A stretch of 64,000 nt of DNA from Octopus sinensis. Its lineage: Eukaryota. This document shows positions 53,700 through 64,000 of the stretch, piece by piece. The notes beneath the pieces are model-generated. The model was not told where the DNA came from. It did no database searches and saw only the letters and a program-made list of their open reading frames with translations. A program made the position numbers and the translations under genes. Each line of letters opens with the position of its first letter. Positions within the stretch are counted from its first letter, which is position 1. The stretch lies in contig NC_042998.1 of the NCBI RefSeq assembly GCF_006345805.1, positions 38,688,001 to 38,752,000 of the forward strand. Reading direction: 5' to 3'.

Positions 53700-54710
53700 T
53701 TTAAAATTTCAGACATCATCAACTAGAATGTGGCTGGCAGATAACAATTTAGTCAAAGTAGCTGCCTCCAGCTTCCACCATGGTCTCAATTTGGCTCTGG
53801 AACCTGGTGCTTGTGCGTTCCTGACTGCGTCCCTGAGCAGATTTTCGAACACCTCCTTCAGCCACCGGCTTAGCCGTAGTGGAGCGGTTGGTGTCCTTCT
53901 CAACCGCGTTTCCCACATTCAGGAGAATTAGGAGGCCAGAAATTCGGGCTGATGAATTCGAAGGAATTCTCCGTCAACTATTCCTGACTCTTTCTGGAAG
54001 TATGGCATGGAGTTTATTTATAGCCTTCCAACAGCAACCCTCTCGAACCAGGGCTTGATCACAGTTTCCAGCAGCTTCATGTAGCCGTCTGATATGAGCC
54101 TAATACACTATTCACTAGTGTGTAGATGAATGCAGGCGTTCGGTCGCATGCAGGTCACATGATGTGTCCGTTCCTACTGGTTACGACTTTGTCATCTTCA
54201 TTGCAGCTGTTCATGACACGTCTTACAACCTTTACAGTGTTCACAGAGCATTGAGCAGCGGTCATGAAGTCGGTATTTACACACCCGGAAGGCGGCGAGT
54301 TGGCAGACACGTTAGCACACCGGAAAAAATGCTAAACGGTATTTCGTCTGCCGCTACGTTCTGAGTTCAAATTCCACCGAGGTCGACTTTGCCTTTCATC
54401 CTTTCAGGGTCGATAAATTAAGTAGCAATTACGCACTGGAGTCGATGTAATCGACTTAATCCGTCTGTCTGTCCTTGTTTGTCCCCTCTGTGTTTAGCCC
54501 CTTGTGGGCAGTAAATAAATAGGTATTTAGACACCCGGCGCGAATCCTCATGATGCAGCTAACTTTTTTCCAATATTCAGATGGCTTACAGCTCCCTTCT
54601 TCTCAACTATGTCTTCACTTGTGCTCTTCAGCGCTTTAACTGTTCACTAATCCATCAAGCTGCTCCTGAAAAAGCGAGTCAGAAATCGTCAAATTTAGCT
54701 CGAACACCAT
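53700..54710 (-). mobile_element. Tc1-like transposon fossil interrupted by a SINE
   Basis: Minus strand SDGYMKLLETVIKPWFERVAVGR, KEVFENLLRDAVRNA, RFQSQIETMVEAGGSYFD*. Confidence 0.82.
54289..54521 (+). mobile_element. Full-length SINE family A with 17-bp target-site duplication
   Basis: TSD ggtatttacacacccgg (54272-54288) and ggtatttagacacccgg (54522-54538). tRNA-like head and A-rich tail. Confidence 0.93.
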
Positions 54711-55321
54711 AAAAATCGTCAGAAAAGTGGGTTCATAAGAAGTGATATATTTCGGACATGTATTTTATATATTGGGGGAAATATGGATTGTAATCTACCT
54801 GAATATAATAAACTCCGTACAAGTCTAGTTGTCTTCACGTTTTAAACAGTTTCATTATATTTACCACTGGAAAGACCAAGTTACGGTGTCATCTTTACGT
54901 CCAATTAAGCAAAAAATTAAAAGAAACGATTTCATTGGAATGTGTAGCAAGTGAGTTGCGTTTCTAGCTTTAATTTAGTTTTCCATTGGTTAAACTGAAC
55001 TTACAGTTTTTGCATCAAAGCCGGACTGTGAAGAGACAGGCACATGATGTTACGGATACTTTTACTAGCGTAAGTGAGATGGCGCCAAACGAGGAATGAA
55101 AGCGCATGGCAACCATGAATAGTGAGAGCTCACTCATCTATAGTCATTTACCGTTGTGCCGACATGCAAACTGTCTTTATTGCTTAATGGTGAAGTTACT
55201 GATACATATTCCGTGTTGTAACATTTCTGCCAGCCTCACTGTCTCTTCTTTTCTCTTCCCTGTCGGCCTGAAGGTATCAAGTTTTATTAGAAATCACTTC
55301 CTGATATCCCGTACACAATAA

Positions 55322-55420
<99 letters not shown>

Positions 55421-57190
55421 ACACACACACACACACACACACCACACACACACACACGAGCTCTTCCGCTAAATCCAGACGCATTAATATATAAGTACCT
55501 GTGAGCAGCATATGGTTTTCATACCATTTCATATCACTTACCTTCACATCGTTCTGCTCAATAAAAAGCCGAATTTAACTAAGGTACATTTCTACTGCTG
55601 TGTTGTCCTGGTATTTTAAGATACTAAACAAAAGCAATTCATTCGCTCTAGCTTTTTCCATTTCAATAAAACGTCCTGTTACCGATGTTAACCACTGCTT
55701 CTGCTGCTGCATCTACTACCACTTCATACACACAAAGTAAGTCTCAAACTTAACTTCTCAAGTTCAACTTCCTCGTCAAATCAGAGAATTCTAAATCTCG
55801 CACGACGGTCAGTCCTAACGATTCTAATGCTATCGCTGTCTCAGTGAGTTTAACACATTCACAAGCTTTGCAAATGCTAGACATCATAATCTCGGATGCT
55901 TTCTCATACAGACAACGTCGATCGGAAAGAGTTAAACCTACAGTTTGAAACTGCAGATCTCAACATGAACACAACATTCTACACGTCTGGATAGTTGCTG
56001 GTTATAGTGAAGGAAAATTGTGCCTCCTAACTTGATCAAGGTTCCCGTAGCAGACAAATGTTCTCCACGCTAGAGAGATCACACAGATTAGTGTTTCTCG
56101 TGGAGGAGTTGCGCCTCACCCTGAGAGACACTTACAGAGTGAAGAGAGGGTGATCACGCTGTTGTGTATAGTATTTTGATGACTTTAATCATTTTAAATT
56201 TGTCCATTATCATTGTGAAGAAAGAATAATTACAAGGATACAAACAGTATGGGGTGGGGGGACAACGAATTTCACTAATACTGATTATGCGTGGGGGTTA
56301 ATATTTGTTGGTGTGGCGAATCGTTATTCTAAATGATTAGTAAGTCTTCAATCCCTAACTGCAATTGCAACTACTTTTAGACGAAGGTGTTGCGTTTTCC
56401 TCTCGATTCCCCTGCTATTATAACGATTCCATCTTCTGGGCACCAATTCATTGCATTTAATCAGCACCAACCGATTTTTCACTTCTATAAATAGAAGTTA
56501 GCGTTATTTTTTTTCATCCTCAAAAATCATTCGAAGCGCTGCGTTGCGATGTTTATACTCAAAAACTTCATTGCTCCATCTTTGTCCGTATCATTCGCCG
56601 CAGACATCGACTCGGTCTGAAACCCGAGCACAATCTACACACCAACGGCAGCAGCCTGATCGATATGGTCGAGTCTGCAGTTTTATGCTTGCAGATAACC
56701 TCCTTCCACACCCACCAAACCACCTATCACCACCAGCACTACTACAACTACTACTACTACTACTACTACTACTGCTACTAGAGTCGTGTGTGGTGATTTT
56801 ATAAGCTATTTGTCCCTAGATCTATTGTCCTCTGCAAGTGCAAGCACGTGAACAGCATTTATTTCTGGTTTCTGGTTATCAGATTTTATTAACCTTATCT
56901 GCCGTGCCTAACCGGGAGGATGTGTATTTACTTTCACCATCGATACTCTGTCTTTCAACGTGATTTCTCTTTCTTCTTCTAGTCCTGTTAAACCGCACAA
57001 AGTCTTCAACACAGATCGAGTATCATATGTTGCTTTTCTTTCTTCTTTCTTCCATATTTTCCCTTTCTTTTTCTTCCTATAATATTGCTATAAAATATCG
57101 AAATTCTATTTAGTTTCGCTTTAAGTTACACGGGTTTATTTCTTCATTAGACATAAGGTAAACATTCCTAATATATCACACGCATACTTT

Positions 57191-57380
57191 AGCTGGCAGA
57201 ATCATTTGCACGCCGGATAGAATGCTCAGCAGCGTTTCGTCTGTCTTGACGTTCTGAGTTCAAATTCCGCCCAGGCTGACTTTGCCTTTCATCCTTTTGG
57301 TGTCGATAAAATAAAGTACCAGTTGAAGGCTGGGGTCGATGTACTCAAACTGCATAGACTAGTGCCACAATTAGAAACCA
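57191..57380 (+). mobile_element. SINE family A
   Basis: agctggcagaatc...gttctgagttcaaattccgcc..gactttgcctttcatcc..aagtaccagttg. Another degenerate copy at ~58105-58238. Confidence 0.85.
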
Positions 57381-57417
57381 ATATATCGCGCGCACGCATT
57401 TCTACACACATGTTTAT

Positions 57418-57482
<65 letters not shown>

Positions 57483-57839
57483 AAACAATTGCAGCGTGGA
57501 AGGTGTTCATAAGCCCTTTAAGAAACACACAAAAACCGTTAGATTCACTTCAACATTTAAATTTAATTTGTCAAAATATTTTCGTCGCTTTGAGACCGCG
57601 ACCTGTTCATTGACAAAACGAGATGAAGCATGGAATTTTGTCAATGAACAGGTCGCTGTCTCAAAGCGACGAAAATATTTTGACAAATTAAATTTAAATG
57701 TTGAAGTGAATCTAACGGTTTTTGTGTGTTTCTTAAATGGCTTATAAACACCTTCCACGCTGCAATTGTTTTCGTTCCAGCACACGATCTCAGATCAGGT
57801 CATTTGCTATGCAAGTATATCTCCGTATATATATCTCCG

Positions 57840-57840
<1 letters not shown>
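57483..57840. mobile_element. Palindromic Penelope-like element (136-bp arms) with hammerhead-like fold
   Basis: 57483-57618 vs 57636-57771, about 3 mismatches. tttgtca-ATGAACAG-gtcgc..gcgac-GAAA-atat-TT-tgacaaa. (TA)n on both sides. Confidence 0.8.
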
Positions 57841-57899
<59 letters not shown>

Positions 57900-58236
57900 A
57901 CCTGCTTGACTTTTCATCCATTCGTACCCGATGTACAAAGAACGGGTTCCGAACTGGGATGGATCCTCTCTTATTTTGTTGTCTGTGAGTCTCTTTCTAG
58001 AAGAAATCGTCTGTGGTTAGATCTGGAGACGAGTAAGCTCAACCTGGGAATACTTAGACACACACACACATACGCACATGCTTGCATACATACAGACAAA
58101 CAGACTGAATCGTTAACACGCTGTGCAAAGTGCTTCGTTGCATTTCGTCCGTCTTTAAATTCTGCCGATGTTGGCTTGATCTTTCTTTTCAGATCAATAG
58201 AATAAGTACCAGCTGAACACTAGGGTCGACGTAATC

Positions 58237-58310
<74 letters not shown>

Positions 58311-58517
58311 ATGGGAAGCTTTATGAAAATAAACAAAAGACGAAGGCAGGTGGGATACAAACAAACAATTGTATTAGTATGGCGCTCAGGAATATAAATA
58401 AAACAAGTCTTTTACGTTCGAGCCTACGCTCTTCAACAGAAAGATACACAGAAAAGAAACACAGAAAGAAACAAGGAGAGAAAAAAAATGCGTGCAGAGG
58501 CTAGCGAATCAACATGG

Positions 58518-58519
<2 letters not shown>
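58311..58519 (-). mobile_element. Short Penelope-like element with variant hammerhead (58408-58444)
   Basis: Minus strand tcttt-CTGTTGAA-gagc(gtag)gctc-GAA-cg-TA-aaaga (one A lost). (TA)n on both sides. Confidence 0.7.
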
Positions 58520-58555
<36 letters not shown>

Positions 58556-59934
58556 ACATGTTTCCCTCTCTCTCTTCACCCCTTTTTGTTTCCTCATTCC
58601 TTTCGGCAGAAGGGCATCGTTTTCTCGAAACGACAAAAACCTCTTCCAGTTTTCCTGAACTCACACACCGTGTTTGATGTTCTCTTTCCTGTCTCTTTCA
58701 ACACATTAACCGCTCCCTTATTCAAACAGAAATCAGTGTTTTCAAATCAGATGAGCTGAGAGCGTGAAAGAAACACTGTTTCGACACACTCGTTTTGTTT
58801 GTTTATTTTTTCTTCCTCCGGTTTTTAATTATGATATATTTCTGAAGAGAAAGAAAGCAATTATATGTCGAGGACAAGGAACTACGGCGGGAAACTATAA
58901 CACCTCTGCCTGCCAAATATAAAAACAGGCGTTCACAATACGTATTATTCCGGCGGCTGTTCTGTGCTCAGAGTTAAATATCTCGACTTTCAATGATCCT
59001 ATTTTGTTTGGTTTGTCCTTGAGAAACACATTAACAAAACACCATTCCATTTGTCTCTCTTTCGAATATAATTAAATATAATTTTAAAACTATATATGTG
59101 TGTGTAAGGTTGTGTGTGAGAAAGAGAGGGAGTGCATGTGAGTGGGTATGTATGTATGTATGTATGGGGGTGGGTAAAGAGACAGAAATTATGCCATAAT
59201 AATGCTTATGAATTCTTCAGACTGACAATATATTTTCAGTAAGTTTCAGAACGTTTCTAATTTAAATAAATTTCTTAACGGATGATTAATCCCAGTAATC
59301 TCCCTTACTGACTTCCTATTCTCTTTATGGTGTAATTATAACATAACTGTTTTCCTGTTTTCGTTTTTGATCATTTTTGATGGTTGGCGCGATTGACAAC
59401 TTACATTCCCAGTGTCTTTATATTCCGTTAGAATAAACGCCTTCACCGCTATGAAGACTACTCTCAATTGAAGTAGGAATAATTATGCCAAAAAATGTGA
59501 TTAGTATTGGCTCAGGTGTATAGTTGGTTCAACTAGACATTAGCTAATAATTATAACGAAGTGGCATGTATAATTATCGCTTACTTAGACGGAATAATGA
59601 ATAGATTTAAAAGCCTCTTAATTTTGTACAATACCTTTACAAGATTTTCTACGCTGTTCTATTTATACAAATATTTGACGGTATGTTTTCTTCTTTTCAC
59701 AACCAGTATAGTGTGTGTGTATCTTTGTGTGTGTTGAAATTAATGAAAACGTTTCACGGAATTTTCGCTTCAAGTTTATATTTGTAGAAGAACCTAATCC
59801 GTATGTAATGGACATTTCTAAATTTTGAGTCATTTTATTTCATTGATACCATTATTCTCTCAAGAATGAAATGCGTGTTATATATTAACATTCATGTCAT
59901 TTGCCAACTGTTAGCAAATGACATAACAGCTGTT

Positions 59935-59966
<32 letters not shown>

Positions 59967-59969
59967 ATA

Positions 59970-60522
59970 CGAGCGAAACGCCCCCGTCCAATGAACGGCG
60001 CTGAGTTGTCAAACATTTAAACCAAATTTTCTTAAAACAACTTGTCCAACCGTCCCATAGGCCTCCCCTTTGAGAAACACTGATTTAACCTAAATTTGAG
60101 ACACCAGCAAAAGAAGAAATAAAGATAGACTTTTTTTTCTATTCCAAAGAAAAACGATTTTATTCACACAAATATGCAACCGAAGGGTTTAAAGTATCAG
60201 TAATGGTAAGGCTGTTGACTGGCAGAACACAAACATGGTTTAAAGAGTAAGCTTGGCAGGAAAGAAATGTGCCTTTAAGCAGTACAAAAACAGCAAAAAC
60301 TGGAAGGTGCAGTTATGTACAGGTTGACGCAAGAAAAGCAGGACAAAAATGGCTTTATCGATCGCATTCCCACCTGGAATCGATTTTTGTAATTTTTTCA
60401 AGACTTATACACGTCCTGATACCGTCGGTATCTACATATCAAATTTGAGCGCAATCGGATGGAGGATGCCCGAAATCCGAGAAGACACACACAGAGACAG
60501 ACAGAACGGATTTTATATGAGA
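59970..60522 (-). mobile_element. Non-autonomous Helitron-like element
   Basis: Minus 5' end TCtcatataaaatccgttctgtctgtct...ccgattgcgctcaaattt. Subterminal hairpin ccgtcc(aat)gaacgg near 59984-59998, with a degenerate CTAG (CTCG). Confidence 0.6.
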
Positions 60523-60774
60523 TAATGAATAGGGATAATTATACTTCGTATATAGCACAATTATTTAGTGTGTGTGTATATACACACACATGTTTGTTTA
60601 TAGTACATTGAAGTCGGTCGCAAATAAAATGACGCGGCTTTTTGAGTCAAGAGAGTTCCCGGTGTTTGTGGTTTCGGTAGGTGTGTTGGTTGAACAGTCG
60701 ATGCCCACAACCATGTGTATGCATCTATTCGTGTAAAGTATCCCAGATGTAGAATCTTTGGAATGTCTTACAAC

Positions 60775-61800
60775 TATGTTTGTATGTAAGTCTCTTCTAT
60801 TTTTTAATTATTATACATCTTCCACTGAGGAGGGAGCCGATTTCAATCAAAGATACAAGGCTCCATCTTTGGGATGTAGTTAACACAGACAAATTCACAT
60901 TTGGAACTTAAGAAAAGTCTTGCATATTTTTACTGTTCCACTCACAGATTGCACTTGTAATGTACGAATTAGCCGGTCGTTTTCTCTTTCTGAAAATCCC
61001 AGTTTATCCAGATTCTCCTTTAAGCATTTACTAACAAAACCTCATGCTCCAATTATTATTGGTATGAATATGAATTCATAATCTGCATATACGAGAAGCT
61101 GGAGGTTTCGAATAACCTCTTTTTCTTTAATTTTTAAAGAGATATTTATATCTGCTGGGTAGCTGACCTTTATGATGGTACATACCATTGCCCCTCTGTC
61201 CCAAACAGCAATATCCGGCCTGTTATGCTTACATTTGACAGACGTCTTGGTGGGAATATTCCACCAGTATTCCTTCAGTTGGTGTTTATGAATGTATTCC
61301 ATAACAGACGGATTTTCTAAGTTTATTTCAGCACAGTCTCTTTGTGGATGGGATTGTAAATAGTTTTAGCAACAACATCGTGCCACATAGGGAGGTGGTA
61401 TCGTAACGACATTTTAGGCCAGCTGCTAATCACATGCGTAATGTCTTCCACAGAAACATGGCATAGCCTACACATGCAGTTGTACCTTGGGATTACAAGA
61501 GCGTCACTGTCTCTCTTGCTCACCAGGTACTTTGTGGCAATCGCCTGTTCCTGGATTGCAAACGCATAACCTTCAAAGTGTGATGTGATGTAGTTGTCTT
61601 GTGTCCAAGAGAGGCTGCGCTTCGTGTCAGTTCTACTGTCTTCTTTAAAATTAGAAATTCGTGATTTGTAAACGATTTGGCTGCTATTTCTCGTAGATCA
61701 AGCAACTCTATAGAAGCTGCGTTCATTTTTTTTTCTCGGTGTCATTGAAGGACCTTTTTGAACATATGTTCTGGTTAGATGATGTGAAGTTGCTCATAAT
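60775..61800 (-). pseudogene. R4/Dong-type LINE C-terminus (zinc knuckle plus restriction-like endonuclease)
   Basis: EGYAFAIQEQ, CRLCHVSVEDITHVISS, HDVVAKTIY, YWWNIP..KHNRPDIAVWD..IIKVSYPADIN..IPIIIGA. 3' UTR stem ggagcc/ggctcc. Confidence 0.9.
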
Positions 61801-62545
61801 CGGGAAAAAAAAATCAATATTTATTTGACATTTTATGTAGCCAATCCAGAATAACACACTAAATTGACCGCCTTATATTATTTACACTTTATTTTATCCC
61901 AGCAGAATCTAAGACGATGCGAATTTAAAGCTGAATTTAAAGCCGGAAAGTATATGTTCATTAACTTCAATATATTGCATCATATAATGAGACCTGCTAT
62001 TTTGATTGCTTTCATTTCATAATCTTGGCATTGTAGTGACATATTGTCCATCAAATGTTCGGTCTAATGGAAAATGTACAACACCAAATTTGAAAGCTAA
62101 ACAAAGAAATTTTATAAAATCGATAAACTGTAGAGGATAATATGAGAAATTACAGAGACAAATAAATATTTAGAGCTGTAAACTGTTTGCCAGTCTACAA
62201 GAAGTGATGTATTACTACTAAAAACAGCGACCATTCTTGTCTTAATTTTGCTTCTAGTTAAGTCATTGAGAAATAATATGTTCAATAAAACAAAACCTGT
62301 TGTGAATCACCACAAAAAGCTACTTCATACCAAAACAATATTAGAAAATCTCATAATTCTCTAAGCCATTTAAAAGAGCGAAGAATATTGAAGTCAAATA
62401 AATTGAAATATCATTGAACGTGTATCCTAAAACGGGTTTCATTGTTTTACAGCATTTGATGGTTTCACACCGCCATATAAGTTATTATATATGAGTATGA
62501 TCAAGGAGTTTCAGTTTCTGATAGGACACACACGCATATTGTGTG

Positions 62546-62650
62546 TGTGTGTGTGCATAGTACAAGTGTGTGTGTGCATGGTGCAAGTGTGTGTGTGTGT
62601 GCATGGTGCAAGTGTGTGTCTGTGTGTGCATGGTGCAAGTGTGTGTGTGT
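62546..62650 (+). repeat. Minisatellite (TG)n-catggtgcaa, about 4 copies
   Basis: gtgtgtgcatggtgcaa repeated, first copy variant catagtacaa. Confidence 0.85.
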
Positions 62651-63121
62651 GTGTACACGCGTATGAGTTTTTTCTATATCATGTAGACAACAGTAAAAAA
62701 AGGTTTTAGTATATGGGTAAGTTTTCATTTTTTGGTGGGAAAAATCTATCGGATTTTAAAAATTTATTATTCTTAAAATGTCGAGAAGTCTCTGCATGGA
62801 TGGGGAGAATTTGAGCAAACCGTGCGAAAATACAAAGAACCAGCCAATAGACTTTTCCACGAAGAAATCTAAATACAAAGCTACACGAACACCGCAACAA
62901 ATTCCTGAAAAATATTAAAATGTAATATTAATCCAAATACAGAACTTGGCAGATTAGCATTAAGTCCTCTTTTGCTAAGTATCGTATTTAATCCAGCCGG
63001 AATAAGCCTTACTTTTTATCCATCGAGCAGCGGGTGGGGTCAATAAAACAAAGTAGCATTCAACTACTGGGGTCAATGATATCGACTGATCCTCTCTCCT
63101 CAAACTGTTGTCCTCCTATCA

Positions 63122-63177
<56 letters not shown>

Positions 63178-64000
63178 CAGGAAATAATTAATTGCGACAG
63201 GAGCAGTACGGATACCGAAAGGTAATATTTATCCCCACTTAAAAAGTGGATGTTGTGTTAGAACACAAAATACTGTGTTAATTATCATGAGAGGACCTCT
63301 CATATGGACTTGTAGGGCAATGTAAGCACTCGAGTTTATACTGCTGACGAAAGATTTTGCTACTGCTACCACTACTGCTTCTGTCGACATCATTATTATT
63401 AAGACGGCAAACCGGCACAGTTGTTAAGCAGGCCAGGCCAAATGCACAGCGGCATTTGTTCTACATTCAAACACACATACACATATCTATTAACAACGAA
63501 AGCAATATATATATGATTACGCGTTGTTAGCAGATATGAATTAACATGACGGCCTACTACATAATGTGGTAATCTCAATGCAGATCCAGTGACCCAATAA
63601 CGGACCTATGGGCATTCATTAGTTAGTGCTTGTCACTACCAAAATTCTTTCCGTAGTTTTATATGAAAGAATTACTTTAAAGAATGGGAAAATAAAAATT
63701 TTAGTGCATGCGTGTATATTTCAAGTGATGCAACAATTATGTGGCACGGACACCGCTATAAATTACTGTATTTAAATTTATGCTAATCTTATATGCTTCC
63801 TTTCGACATCCGTTAAAAGCTGATGAGTGAGAAGGCTAGCGTGGTGACCTAAATATCAGCGAATTTTTAATAACGTATGACCCATGTATTTCAGAAAGAA
63901 ATGTTTCAATCTCAAAATACTACCCCACCTTATTTGAAATGAGTGTGGAGTGGGTAGATCTCACACAATCATTGAGCGCTCTACAGATTTAAAGAGTTGT

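Noticed and set aside
63820-63860. CTGATGA heptamers here and at ~20693, ~36736 and ~53949
   Set aside because: No compatible helix II, GAAA or helix I.

Overview
AT-rich, microsatellite-saturated eukaryotic non-coding DNA. The SINE and LINE families suggest a coleoid cephalopod such as Octopus (inferred from recalled repeat sequences, not searched). I found no credible host exon; most ORF-track entries are translations of (TA)n, (TG)n or (TACA)n. The window is a transposon graveyard: three tRNA-derived SINE families, RTE, CR1/L2-type and R4/Dong-type LINE fragments, three Tc1/mariner fossils, Helitron and Helentron ends, and a Penelope GIY-YIG remnant. The most notable signals are (1) about a dozen minimal type-I hammerhead ribozyme motifs in short Penelope-like elements beside microsatellites, some with recurrent non-canonical cores; (2) a heavily decayed, internally inverted, Fanzor1/TnpB-like gene candidate at ~43.8-45.7 kb; (3) local upstream DNA copied into the inversion junctions of Penelope-like palindromes; and (4) a near-identical 659/660-bp tandem duplication.
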